IMG/VR virus record: IMGVR_UViG_2778260992_000001
DNA: 64,000 nucleotides
Direction: 5' to 3' (one strand)
DNA from: a virus
Taxonomy: Duplodnaviria > Heunggongvirae > Uroviricota > Caudoviricetes
Positions 29,778 to 39,360 of this stretch are shown here, piece by piece (within the stretch, counting starts at the first letter, position 1; each line of letters starts with the position of its first letter). The position numbers and the translations under genes are program-made. The notes beneath the pieces were generated by a model. It made no database searches. It saw only the letters and a list, made by a program, of their open reading frames with translations, and was not told where the DNA came from.

Positions 29778-30881
29778 GTGTCACTCCTTTTGAATCGTGA
29801 GCATACGAACGGTCAGGTAACAAACGCATCGTATGCAAAAGTTATTGAGACGGTGCTTAAAAGCGGCGTGCAGGCTGATGATCGCACAGGCACTGGTACT
29901 TTAAGCACCTGCTACGTTCCCTCTTACTACATGCTTACTGGTGGGACTGTGCCGCTTATTTCTGGAAAGGCGGTAAATCTTAAGCCACTACTTGTCGAAC
30001 TTGAGTGGTATCTGAAAGGCACGGGTAACATCCAATTTCTCAAGGATAACGGCGTGAAGATTTGGGACGCATGGGCCGATGAGAATGGTGATTTGGGGCC
30101 GGTTTACGGCAAGCAGTGGCGTCGCTGGGAAGATACCCGCATCGTGAGCCATAGTGAGTATCTGAGCAAGATCGATACGTTCCGTGAACGCGGGTACAAA
30201 GTCGAGGGATACCTGGGTATCAGTGAAGATCGCGTAGTGCTGTCCCGTGAAATCGATCAGCTACAGCGTATTGTCGATACACTGCGCACGAACCCTACCG
30301 ATCGTCGCATCATGCTTAACGCATGGAACGTAGGCGAGCTTGAGGATATGAAACTGCCACCTTGCCACTTTGTCTTCTCTTTGTGGAGTCGTGAGCTTGA
30401 TTTTGAAACCCGTTTAACGATGGCAACTGACATTGGTCTTCAACACAGTCGCCTCGGTTACGAGTCTATCTACACCAAGATGCTATACGATCTGGAGATG
30501 GTCGGCAGTGTTACTGAAACTGAACTGGATGAACTTGGAATCCCCAAACGCATCCTCAACTCCTGCCTCGTACAGCGTAGCGTAGACACTTTTGTTGGTA
30601 TGCCATTCAATATTGCTGGTTATGGCATTCTCACTCATTTTCTCGCGAAGATTACGGGTCACATGGCCGGTGCCTTTGTGCATTTTGGCTTTGACGTGCA
30701 TTTGTACAATAACCACATGGAAAGTGTGTGTGAGCTAATGAAACGACAGGCTCCAGAGCATTCAGATCCGGTCGTTATTTTCCCTCATGAATGGTCTGAG
30801 CTGGATGATTTCAAATGGGACGATATTCTGATTCTTGGCTATGACCCTCTACCGTGGATCAAGGTTCCAGTGGCGGTGTGA
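29778..30881 (+). CDS. thyA: thymidylate synthase-family protein with a roughly 50-aa insertion
   Basis: DRTGTGT, LPPCHF (catalytic Cys) and QRSVD ... GMPFNIAGYG motifs; longer than canonical ThyA; GTG start. Confidence 0.8.
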   Translation: MSLLLNREHTNGQVTNASYAKVIETVLKSGVQADDRTGTGTLSTCYVPSYYMLTGGTVPLISGKAVNLKPLLVELEWYLKGTGNIQFLKDNGVKIWDAWADENGDLGPVYGKQWRRWEDTRIVSHSEYLSKIDTFRERGYKVEGYLGISEDRVVLSREIDQLQRIVDTLRTNPTDRRIMLNAWNVGELEDMKLPPCHFVFSLWSRELDFETRLTMATDIGLQHSRLGYESIYTKMLYDLEMVGSVTETELDELGIPKRILNSCLVQRSVDTFVGMPFNIAGYGILTHFLAKITGHMAGAFVHFGFDVHLYNNHMESVCELMKRQAPEHSDPVVIFPHEWSELDDFKWDDILILGYDPLPWIKVPVAV

Positions 30882-30882
30882 T

Positions 30883-31296
30883 ATGGCAAGAGGTATGTAT
30901 GTCTTATGCGAAATTGAAGGTGTGCTGGCAAATACCAGCCATCGTAAATCTGTATCTGACGCGGATGCAGGCCAGCTCATTGCCGGTGATGAACTCATTT
31001 TCCCCACCAGCCGTATGTTGCGTGGTTTTGCTCGCTCAGGGGCTGAAGTGGTGCTTATCAGTAGCCGCTCTGAAACTCTTGAAGCGCCCACTAAACGATG
31101 GCTGAAAGATTTTGGTGTTGATTACGACTGGCTTCATCTCGTACCGAATGGCATCAGTTATGAGAAGCATATTAAGCGCACATTAGCGGAGCATAAAGGC
31201 GATCTGCTTATCGCTGCGCTGGTGCACGATCCTCGACTCCGTGCCGCTTTAGCTGACTCTCATCATAGACCGGTCATCTATGAGGTGGGCAAATGA
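30883..31296 (+). CDS. hypothetical protein (possibly HAD-like phosphatase / nucleotidase)
   Basis: Start ATG overlaps thyA stop; CEIEGVL resembles a degenerate HAD motif I; weak. Confidence 0.35.
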   Translation: MARGMYVLCEIEGVLANTSHRKSVSDADAGQLIAGDELIFPTSRMLRGFARSGAEVVLISSRSETLEAPTKRWLKDFGVDYDWLHLVPNGISYEKHIKRTLAEHKGDLLIAALVHDPRLRAALADSHHRPVIYEVGK

Positions 31297-31769
31297 AGAT
31301 GATAGCTGCTGTTGGCCGTAATTATGAGATCGGTAGAGCGAACGAACTGCCCTGGCGTTGCTCTACCGATCTGAAGCTATTTAAGAGACTCACCAAAAAC
31401 GCCACTGTCGTTATGGGACGTAAAACGATGGAAAGTCTCAAACGCCCTCTTCCAGAGCGTCATAATCTCGTTTTGACGCGCTCTCATGGCTTTGTACCAA
31501 ATGGATTCTACCCTGCTGGTGTGGATGATGTGTTGCGATTACCAGAGCCTGTGTGGGTGATTGGCGGGGAACAAATTTACTCGCTATTCATGCCGCATGT
31601 TGAAGAGATTTGGCTCTCCCACATCGGCGTTGATGTACCAAACGCTGATGCATTCTTCCCGGCAAGCATGATGCGTAACTTAGGCTTTGTGCCTGTTGAA
31701 ACAGCTTATACCCAACGAGCCAGCGAGGAAGAGCCTGGCTTTTCGCAGATCGTATACAGAAGGTCGTAA
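31293..31769 (+). CDS. folA: dihydrofolate reductase
   Basis: MIAAVGRN ... LPW ... VMGRKT pattern of DHFR; 158 aa. Confidence 0.85.
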   Translation: MKMIAAVGRNYEIGRANELPWRCSTDLKLFKRLTKNATVVMGRKTMESLKRPLPERHNLVLTRSHGFVPNGFYPAGVDDVLRLPEPVWVIGGEQIYSLFMPHVEEIWLSHIGVDVPNADAFFPASMMRNLGFVPVETAYTQRASEEEPGFSQIVYRRS

Positions 31770-32413
31770 TGGATTACCGGATTGGGATCACTGGTGCTCA
31801 GGGCAGTGGGAAAACAACCCTGGCTAAATATATCGACAAACATTACGGAATCCCTTACGTGGATGCTGGTGTCGGAAGTTTGATGAGCCGCCTCGGTGTT
31901 CGAGTAGGTGAGTCTATGCCTCTATATGAGCGGCTTCAGATTCAAATGGAAATAGCAAAGCATATAGAGCTACTTACGCGTGGTGTTGAAGGCTTTGTTA
32001 TCGATCGTACACCTGCTGATGTTATGGCCTACACGTTGGATTTGGTCGGCCATACAAATGAAGAGCGGTGTATTGAGTTAGCCCTCGATATCGAAAAGTT
32101 TTGCCACAAAACTGCCATTTCAAACTTTAACGCCATTGCTGGCTTACGCCCGGGAGTCGCTCTCTCAGAGCGAGATTACTTGCGATCACAACGAGCATCA
32201 TTAGACCGTCTGTATGTTGCTCGTATTGATGCGTTGATGTGCGGGGAACTGACAAAAATTCACCTGCATCCGCAAAGGGGAGATCTGCAAACCTTCGTCG
32301 TTTCCAACCGATATCGCACGGTTGAAGCAAGAGCCAGATCAGTGATGAGAATGCTAGATAACGCTGTAGAAAAGATAGAAAACCGGTTCTGTGGCCGAGT
32401 GACCGTTCATTAG
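31769..32413 (+). CDS. P-loop NTPase, putative (deoxy)nucleotide kinase
   Basis: Walker A GITGAQGSGKTT; located in nucleotide-metabolism cluster. Confidence 0.55.
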   Translation: MDYRIGITGAQGSGKTTLAKYIDKHYGIPYVDAGVGSLMSRLGVRVGESMPLYERLQIQMEIAKHIELLTRGVEGFVIDRTPADVMAYTLDLVGHTNEERCIELALDIEKFCHKTAISNFNAIAGLRPGVALSERDYLRSQRASLDRLYVARIDALMCGELTKIHLHPQRGDLQTFVVSNRYRTVEARARSVMRMLDNAVEKIENRFCGRVTVH

Positions 32414-32474
32414 AAATTGTTCGCCTCTTCTACATTGCGACAATAAAACTCTCAAAATGGGTTAAGGATAAAAA

Positions 32475-32894
32475 ATGTTTAGTGAAATGTTGCTTGAAGA
32501 TGAACTGGATCGGAAAACAACAGAGGCTTTGATTCGTGTGGCGGACGAACATTCTCGGTCGTTTATGAGCGATCGAGAGGCTCGTCTGGCTATTCGTGCC
32601 ATATTCGAAACTGCGCAAGGGCTTGTTGGCGCACAAGTAGGTGAAGCCATTAACATCGCCATGTCTCAGTTCAGTGAAGGCAGTAAAAAGCCTCTGTTTC
32701 CTATGCATTTGATGCTGGCTGGTGGCACGGTGCTTTATATCTCTGTTTGTCTGGATAGCAACCAAATCAATATTCTCAACACTGCGTCAGGTAAGTGGAA
32801 AGATCCGATTGTCTGTGAAACCAGTGAAGAAACTTTGAAAAAAGCGGCTCAATTTGTACGTAGCGCACTACTTAAGGGCGCTAAGAAGTTGTAA
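32475..32894 (+). CDS. hypothetical protein
   Basis: 139-aa ORF. Confidence 0.45.
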   Translation: MFSEMLLEDELDRKTTEALIRVADEHSRSFMSDREARLAIRAIFETAQGLVGAQVGEAINIAMSQFSEGSKKPLFPMHLMLAGGTVLYISVCLDSNQINILNTASGKWKDPIVCETSEETLKKAAQFVRSALLKGAKKL

Positions 32895-32903
32895 GGAGTT
32901 CTG

Positions 32904-33461
32904 ATGACAACGATTGTTGCAGGCATCGATATCGAGTCTACGGGACTGGATTTCCTTGCTGGTCATAAAATTATTGAAATCGCAATTACCCGCTATGAAC
33001 TGGAGACACAGAGACATATTGATAGTCTGGAGATGCGTTTTAACCCTCGCAGAAACATAGATCCGAAAGCTCAAGCCGTTCATGGCATTTCATTGGAACA
33101 GCTCGCAGCTGAACCTTTGTTGTCAAATCATGCCAGCGAAATTGGCGCTTATATGGGGGCATGTAGTGCGTGGATTGCTCATAACGGCGAAGCGTTTGAT
33201 ATACCATTTATTCGGCACGAGTTTTCAGGGTATGGAGTAAGACTGCCAGACGTTCCTGTTATAGATACTATGTTATCGGGATTGTGGGCCACAGAAGACG
33301 GTAAACGTCCCCGCCTTGAAGAGTTGGCCTTCTCTCTTGGCTTTATATACGATCATGCCAAAGCACATAGTGCCTTATATGACACAAACTTAATGATGCA
33401 ATGCTTCTTTAAGGCACGTAATAAGTACGGATTTTTTAAATTACCCTCTGAAATTGTGTAA
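32904..33461 (+). CDS. DnaQ-like 3'-5' exonuclease (epsilon-type proofreading domain)
   Basis: Exo I motif AGIDIESTGLD and DEDDh-type downstream motifs (HNGEAFDIPF, HSALYD). Confidence 0.8.
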   Translation: MTTIVAGIDIESTGLDFLAGHKIIEIAITRYELETQRHIDSLEMRFNPRRNIDPKAQAVHGISLEQLAAEPLLSNHASEIGAYMGACSAWIAHNGEAFDIPFIRHEFSGYGVRLPDVPVIDTMLSGLWATEDGKRPRLEELAFSLGFIYDHAKAHSALYDTNLMMQCFFKARNKYGFFKLPSEIV

Positions 33462-33465
33462 AGCA

Positions 33466-33505
33466 AAAGCCTACTTTAAAGAGAGTTTAAAGTAGGCTTT
33501 CTTTT
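33466..33505 (+). terminator. rho-independent terminator after exonuclease gene
   Basis: AAAGCCTACTTTAAA-gagag-TTTAAAGTAGGCTTT then CTTTT. Confidence 0.65.
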
Positions 33506-33621
33506 AAAGAACAGTCGCCTTTCAATCATTTCCTGCCTGTATTTAATACTTTTCCGCCTGATAGGTTTAGTCAAAATATAGCCATCGAAACGCAAATGTA
33601 ACCAAACAGAAGGAGACTTAC

Positions 33622-34431
33622 ATGAGTTCGGTTGAAAATGTAATGACAAATGATGATCTGGACGAACTGACAGCTATGTTGCAATCACTTGATGAACCGG
33701 TAAAAAAAGCTGCACAGGTTGAGAATACTGATGATATTGACGATCTGCTTCTAGGCCTCGATGCTGGCGTAGCCATGAGTTCTGATGATGTTGCCGAAGA
33801 ACTGTTCAATGAAGAAAAAGCAGGTGATTTTAGCTCCGCTTTAAATGAGTTGGAGTTAGCGCATGAGCCTATAAACGTAATTAACGCTGAAAGTGGTGAA
33901 GCTGCCGAAAATGAGCCAGAACAGTTGGGGATCATTGAGGTTGAAGAGTGTGTTGAGGTTAATGATGAATTAAAAGTTCAACAGTCAAATGATAGCAATA
34001 CAAATAAAAAAGCTCGTGCTGCAAGAGGTCCTCGTTTTACTTTAAGTGATAAAGATGATTCGTTTTTCAATAAAGCAGGCTTAGAAAAAGATATTTTCTT
34101 AGACGCTTATGAAAACGCGCCTGTCAAAGCGAAGGATAAGATATTAAACCTTCTTAATTGGTTTAGCGGAGGTCCAGATATTAGTGTTTACACGGTAATT
34201 TCCATGAGACACCTTCTCACAGAAAAGAAGGCTACAAGTAATAGTATTAAGATTGCTTTAATGAGCAATCCAGAAAAACCGTATCCGCTTAACACTGCGT
34301 CAACTCAGGCTGGGCAAATGATGGCTGTATTTCCAGCTACAGGAATTGCCGTTAGAGACGGTGGAAATCTAACATTGAACGAAGAATCACCGATCGTTAA
34401 GAAGTTTGTCGCGGAGTACACTATTGGATGA
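33622..34431 (+). CDS. hypothetical protein with acidic N-terminal half
   Basis: 269 aa; Asp/Glu-rich N-terminus, basic middle. Confidence 0.5.
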   Translation: MSSVENVMTNDDLDELTAMLQSLDEPVKKAAQVENTDDIDDLLLGLDAGVAMSSDDVAEELFNEEKAGDFSSALNELELAHEPINVINAESGEAAENEPEQLGIIEVEECVEVNDELKVQQSNDSNTNKKARAARGPRFTLSDKDDSFFNKAGLEKDIFLDAYENAPVKAKDKILNLLNWFSGGPDISVYTVISMRHLLTEKKATSNSIKIALMSNPEKPYPLNTASTQAGQMMAVFPATGIAVRDGGNLTLNEESPIVKKFVAEYTIG

Positions 34432-34582
34432 CGTTCCCCTACTGAAAATAAAGCCCATAGAGAGCTTTATAGTGCTGGGTAAGCTAACCCATACCCAGCA
34501 CCACAAAAACGCGCCAGAGAGCTTCTTGTTCGCATTTCTGGCGCGTTTTATTTGATTGCCATACATAAAATCAAATGCAAAA

Positions 34583-34602
34583 ATAGGTAATCACTTACCT
34601 AT
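34583..34602. promoter_or_regulatory. class-2 palindrome ATAGGTAATCACTTACCTAT
   Basis: Perfect 8-bp arms ATAGGTAA/TTACCTAT with 4-bp spacer, just upstream of dam. Confidence 0.5.
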
Positions 34603-34613
34603 TGAGAAAGAAG

Positions 34614-35207
34614 ATGATTGCAGCCGAAAAAATCAAACAGCGAAAGCGCGACAACTCTCTTCGTGACCTCTGGAGAACACCTGATTGGCTGTTTTCTGCC
34701 ATTCAACGTTATCTTGGGGTGACATTTGATGTTGACGTTGCCTGCAACAAGGACAATGCAAAGCTGCCTAATTTCATAGGCGTTGAGCGTGATGCTTTGA
34801 AATCTGAATGGGGACAGCCAGGTACAATTGCCTTCCTCAATCCACCCTACTCCAAAATCTCCCCCTGGATTGATGCTGCTATACGTGAGCAGGCTCGCGG
34901 AGTTACAACAGTGATGCTAATTCCTCAATCCCTCGATACAAAGTGGTATGAGCGTGCAACAGAGTATGCGAATGAGACGATTATTCTGTCTGGTGGCCGC
35001 GTAGCGTTTGTCGAGCCTGACGTCAATTTGGGTCAGGTAGAAGTAAACATCAACCCCGGTGGCAGTATGCTCGTTGTTTTTCGAGGATTCTGTCAGGACG
35101 CTGGGCACTCTATAAGCAAGATCCCTTTGGACGTAATGAAAAGTCTGGGAGGGTATGATCCTGCGAATGTGGTCAGGAAAAAAAGACCATCAAAGAAGGC
35201 TGCTTAG
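34614..35207 (+). CDS. dam: phage-type DNA N6-adenine methyltransferase (Dam family)
   Basis: WRTPDWLF and NPPY motifs; start at ATG (track ORF begins at a TTG codon, 34602). Confidence 0.8.
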   Translation: MIAAEKIKQRKRDNSLRDLWRTPDWLFSAIQRYLGVTFDVDVACNKDNAKLPNFIGVERDALKSEWGQPGTIAFLNPPYSKISPWIDAAIREQARGVTTVMLIPQSLDTKWYERATEYANETIILSGGRVAFVEPDVNLGQVEVNINPGGSMLVVFRGFCQDAGHSISKIPLDVMKSLGGYDPANVVRKKRPSKKAA

Positions 35208-35392
35208 TTTGTTCTGGCGAGTGTAATTAACCTGCTTCTGTATATAAATAACTACATATTAATTATTAATATACGGAAGCAGGCTGTTTTGTATCAGAGA
35301 CTCCCAGACCTGAACACCACTACAGAATCCACTAGAACCCCTTCTCAGACGCTTTAAAATCGATTTTATGAACCACTTTAAGGAAAACTAAC

Positions 35393-35623
35393 ATGTCATA
35401 CCCGACCAATGTTGTTGCGCTCGTAGAGAGCGATTTTCTGGCTAAGGCTCGTGAAATGATGAAAGATCGCGAGCAGGCTTTCAACTTGTACGAATGGGCA
35501 ATTAAGTGCTTGCATCTTGGGGAGCATCGCGAACTTGTTGAACAGCTTTTAGGTGAGTTGATCAACGAGGTGTTTGCCTTGAATGTTCAACTACATGGTC
35601 GAGAAAATAACCAATCGAAATGA
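35393..35623 (+). CDS. hypothetical protein
   Basis: 76-aa ORF. Confidence 0.4.
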   Translation: MSYPTNVVALVESDFLAKAREMMKDREQAFNLYEWAIKCLHLGEHRELVEQLLGELINEVFALNVQLHGRENNQSK

Positions 35624-36204
35624 TAGATAAGTACAAACTATTCATAAGATGGATTGTAAGTGCTAAGATCTGATAGTTTCCAGTCGTAGACTGGAGACTC
35701 GACCTGATGGGTGGGGGTAAGCGTCACTGGCGTCAGGTTTAAAAAAGCTCACTACCAGCGTAGAACCGGTGCCGTTTAGGTGTCGGGGAAGGGGGAACCA
35801 AAGTGAGCGGAGACAAGGGTCACTTTATGATTGTCGAGTCTGGGATGTTTCGAGAGGTTGAATCCAGTACTCCCCTTCATAAAGTGTGGGAAGATCTCGG
35901 TTCTGGGGTGCTGTCATCCATAACTTCCCAAGTCTAAGCTGGCAGTAGACTTAGACCATAGCTTTTCAGGTTATGAAACGACCAGGTTGGTGAGGAATTT
36001 TATACTCACCTCCCTGGGAGAGTATTACCTGAAAAGACAACCTCTCACTTCGTTCGAGGTGAACTTCACTCACTTCGTTCGTTCAGTTCAGGTTTATAAA
36101 AACCTGTACTGGGAAGTAATTTGTTTATTTTAATAATTATTACACGCACGCGTGTGCGCACGCGCGAGGAAAAAATCGGCGCGGCGCTTGATTCAGGAGT
36201 TTAT

Positions 36205-36795
36205 ATGACGTCGAAGACACCAGCCCGGTCGCAAGCAAAAACTCGCAAAAAAGACAAAAACAAAAATTCTCCCCGCACCAATCCCACAACGCCTGTCGTA
36301 GAGTTCAATCCCCAGCTTAAAACCGTGAAAATCTTCAGTGATGGCTCTTGCCTTAAAAATCCGGGTGGCCCGGGCGGTTACGGTATAGTTCTCCAGTATC
36401 GTGGTGAGGAACGCGAGTTCTCAGATGGTTTTCATAGCACCACCAATAACCGCATGGAGATGATGGGGGCACTTATCGGGCTGGAGCGTTTGAAATATCC
36501 ATGCAACGTTATTTTGCACTCTGATAGCCAGTATCTGAAAAACGGCATGACACAGTGGATGAAATGGTGGAAACGCAATGGATGGATGACTTCTGACAAA
36601 AAACCGGTAAAGAATGTTGATCTGTGGAAGCGTCTGGATGAGGCCGCAAGTCGACATAATGTTCGCTGGAAGTGGGTTAAAGGTCACGCCGGGCATCGTG
36701 AAAATGAAATATGTGATCGACTCGCGAAGATCGCAGCTTTTTCCGCAGCAGATATGCCTCACAAGAAAGATATTGGTTTTGTTTATAACAAGTAG
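36205..36795 (+). CDS. rnhA: ribonuclease HI
   Basis: [20 protein letters not shown] ... HSDSQYL ... WVKGHAGH ... NEICDRLA motifs; start at ATG after CAGGAG RBS (track ORF starts upstream in a GC-rich palindrome). Confidence 0.85.
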   Translation: MTSKTPARSQAKTRKKDKNKNSPRTNPTTPVVEFNPQLKTVKIFSDGSCLKNPGGPGGYGIVLQYRGEEREFSDGFHSTTNNRMEMMGALIGLERLKYPCNVILHSDSQYLKNGMTQWMKWWKRNGWMTSDKKPVKNVDLWKRLDEAASRHNVRWKWVKGHAGHRENEICDRLAKIAAFSAADMPHKKDIGFVYNK

Positions 36796-36943
36796 TAAGT
36801 AAGTGTTTACCTATCATTTTAAATCATGTATCTTATCGGCGTCAGGATGACAATGTGTCGGTAAGACACAGTTCCAGGATGGAACGAGAAAGGCGGCTGG
36901 CAATCGCCAGCCGCAACTCTTTCTGACACTGGATGGAGTCCAC

Positions 36944-37438
36944 ATGGCACGTCAAACCTATTTCACTTCTGCAACTAAACGTCCTCGTTCTTTACGTCAA
37001 ATTTTGGCCGAATTATTTAGCGGTCGTGTTATGTCACGTCTTGATGAACTAGAGACTACCGTTCGGTTGCTGAATGAACGTTTAGATAATCAAGCGTCAG
37101 TTGTTGCGAACGTGGGGGCGATTGTTGCCTCTGGTTCTTCACGCGAAGCGAAAAGTACACGGCCTTTAGTGAAGGAGAAAAACAACAAGGACAGTTCGAA
37201 TGGAAAATTTTCAAAGAAAGAGGCTGAAACCAATGGCCTACGTTCTCATTATAGTTTCACTGGCGACGGTAGCCGTTCCAGCCGGCCAGAGCCTTTTGAT
37301 GCCGGATTCATCCATCACCACACCTTCGTCGACGACAATTACCACCACTCCAGTGGAGCGTCCTGTCACTCTGGATGGGATGGCGGTGGATGCGATACCT
37401 CAAGTTCATCCAGTTACTCAGGATCATGCTGTGACTAA
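36944..37438 (+). CDS. hypothetical protein (reading frame uncertain in the 3' half)
   Basis: N-terminal 70 aa look protein-like; distal part is low complexity and overlaps a better-looking ORF in another frame (37200..37451). Confidence 0.3.
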   Translation: MARQTYFTSATKRPRSLRQILAELFSGRVMSRLDELETTVRLLNERLDNQASVVANVGAIVASGSSREAKSTRPLVKEKNNKDSSNGKFSKKEAETNGLRSHYSFTGDGSRSSRPEPFDAGFIHHHTFVDDNYHHSSGASCHSGWDGGGCDTSSSSSYSGSCCD

Positions 37439-37447
37439 GGCGGTTGT

Positions 37448-37636
37448 ATGAACTGGTTTTCAAATCACTTTGGAAAAATTTGGCTGGCAATTCTTGCCCT
37501 CATGGCCGCCGGTTGGGTATCGAACATTATAAAACTTGTTTGCTCTGGCGATCTCCAGTTTCAGGCTGGCATGACCTTGGCTCGTGTAGTTGGGATTTTT
37601 GTTTTTCCAGTTGGTTCGGTACTTGGTTATTTCTGA
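37448..37636 (+). CDS. small hydrophobic membrane protein
   Basis: 62 aa, two predicted hydrophobic segments. Confidence 0.4.
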   Translation: MNWFSNHFGKIWLAILALMAAGWVSNIIKLVCSGDLQFQAGMTLARVVGIFVFPVGSVLGYF

Positions 37637-37690
37637 CGGCTGTTAGTGCATATGCATTGACCATCTCTGCGTAAGCAATTTATGTAATTA

Positions 37691-37707
37691 GAAAACAACT
37701 TGTTTTG
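37691..37707. promoter_or_regulatory. class-1 palindromic element GAAAACAACTTGTTTTG
   Basis: Perfect AAAACAA-c-TTGTTTT about 25 bp upstream of start codon. Confidence 0.5.
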
Positions 37708-37729
37708 ACAAATAATAAAAGGAAAACAC

Positions 37730-38155
37730 ATGTTAGGTTTCTTCAAAAAGAAAACTCGTAAAGCTGTTATCGAAGTCAAAAAAATGGAGAACCGTGATGC
37801 GGTTGAGGCCACCGTGTGGGGCGCGTACATGATCTCCTATGCCGACGGCACATGTGACGCAAAAGAAATTGCCATTCTTGAGAAGACAATTGCAGCTCTG
37901 CCTGCGTTTTCTCCGTTTGCTGGTGAAATTGCCCAAATGAGCGCCAATATCCGTGCTCGTTACGAAGCGTCCCCTCGTTCTGCTAATGCACAGGCTATTC
38001 GTGAGCTGTCTGATATTGCGGGTACTCCAGAGGCGGTCGATGTTCTGTGTCTGTGCCTTGATATTGCCGATCAGGACGGCATTGGTGAACAAGAAGAGCA
38101 GGCACTGAAAAAGATCGCCCAGGCGCTTCAGTTGTCACTGGATGCTTATCTCTAA
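37730..38155 (+). CDS. TerB-like domain protein
   Basis: 141 aa; helical, SYADGTCDAKEIAILEK and later Asp-rich segment resemble TerB; conserved initiation context. Confidence 0.5.
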   Translation: MLGFFKKKTRKAVIEVKKMENRDAVEATVWGAYMISYADGTCDAKEIAILEKTIAALPAFSPFAGEIAQMSANIRARYEASPRSANAQAIRELSDIAGTPEAVDVLCLCLDIADQDGIGEQEEQALKKIAQALQLSLDAYL

Positions 38156-38313
38156 TGCTTGAGAGATTCCGGCTTGTGATCGTCATTGCTCTTCTGGTGA
38201 TGGCGGTGTTGGTGGATTTTACGGGAAAGATGATGTCTGTCATTTCTGATGGCGTCCTCATTGGTTTGGCGATCTACTTCGCTTATCCGTTAGTTCGTAA
38301 AGCAAAGTGCTAA
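38155..38313 (+). CDS. small membrane protein (52 aa)
   Basis: ATG overlaps TerB-like stop; MLERFRLVIVIALLVMAVLV hydrophobic; below the track cutoff, translated by hand. Confidence 0.4.
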   Translation: MLERFRLVIVIALLVMAVLVDFTGKMMSVISDGVLIGLAIYFAYPLVRKAKC

Positions 38314-38316
38314 TGA

Positions 38317-38345
38317 CAAGGGCCAAATGGCCCTTGTGTTTCGTT
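38317..38345 (+). terminator. rho-independent terminator
   Basis: CAAGGGCC-aaat-GGCCCTTG followed by T-rich tail. Confidence 0.65.
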
Positions 38346-38419
38346 GACCGAAATAGAGAGTTTGCACCTTTACGTTTAGCTTGCTCCCCTTTTATGCCAC
38401 ATCACAATAAAGCCAATAA

Positions 38420-38434
38420 GAAAACAACTTGTTT
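38420..38434. promoter_or_regulatory. class-1 palindromic element GAAAACAACTTGTTT
   Basis: About 20 bp upstream of start codon. Confidence 0.5.
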
Positions 38435-38452
38435 AAGCATTAGGAAAAACAC

Positions 38453-39022
38453 ATGTGCAAGAAATGCAAAGCGATAGCTGATGAACAAAACGCCTTATTC
38501 GAAGAAATGGATGCTAATGAACTGGTCAAAATGTTAGCCATTCTTCGAGGAATAGAAGACGTTTCCATATTTGAGAGAGTGGTTACAGCACTTAATTTTG
38601 AGTCCACCTTTGAAGAGCCAACTCAGGTTGTAGCTTTAGCACATCATTTCGGTGTTCATTATCTTGCTGAAAAAGAGCGCGCTGATAAGTTGCAGGCGAC
38701 TTTGGATATGGTGAGCGAGACTCAACGAACTGATGACACTAACAAGAGTGAGGCGATTATTGCCAGCAAAGATCGTGAAATTGCTGGGCTTAAATCCTCT
38801 CTAACGATGTTGATGTCTGCGTTCAATCTTATGTCTTCTCAGGCGGGTTATAAAATGCCATCACTAAACAGCGATGATCCGATGGCCGTTCGTCAGCTTT
38901 TGGGAGCAATGGCCGACCAACTCGACGACACAAAGAGTCGGCTTGAAGACATGATGCGTGAGTTAAGCCATCGACATAACCTCGCAACACAGCCACACAA
39001 AGCCTTTCAAAGCTCTAATTGA
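38453..39022 (+). CDS. hypothetical protein
   Basis: 189-aa ORF, helical. Confidence 0.5.
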   Translation: MCKKCKAIADEQNALFEEMDANELVKMLAILRGIEDVSIFERVVTALNFESTFEEPTQVVALAHHFGVHYLAEKERADKLQATLDMVSETQRTDDTNKSEAIIASKDREIAGLKSSLTMLMSAFNLMSSQAGYKMPSLNSDDPMAVRQLLGAMADQLDDTKSRLEDMMRELSHRHNLATQPHKAFQSSN

Positions 39023-39077
39023 TCTGATATGGCCGCATGATCGGCCATATTGTGTTGATAAAAAACAAGGATGAAAA

Positions 39078-39359
39078 ATGGCATACGGTACAGGGATTTA
39101 CAACAATAAAGGAATTAACGTTACTGGCTTCCTTACTCCTATTTTTTTTCTTGATCGATTTACTGCGTCATCAGGCTCTAAGACGTACTCCAATCCGCCA
39201 CCGGGTAAATCGCTACATGCCGTGTGGTCATTGATGCCTCTTAACAACGACAACTACATTAATTTACCTGTTCCAACAGTTACTATTAATGGAAATACGG
39301 TTAGTTGGTCAAATTTATATACGGGGCTTGGTTCTTACATATACACATACTGGGGATAA
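39078..39359 (+). CDS. hypothetical protein (AT-rich cassette, gene 1)
   Basis: 93 aa; Gly/Asn/Thr/Tyr-rich. Confidence 0.4.
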   Translation: MAYGTGIYNNKGINVTGFLTPIFFLDRFTASSGSKTYSNPPPGKSLHAVWSLMPLNNDNYINLPVPTVTINGNTVSWSNLYTGLGSYIYTYWG

Positions 39360-39360
39360 T

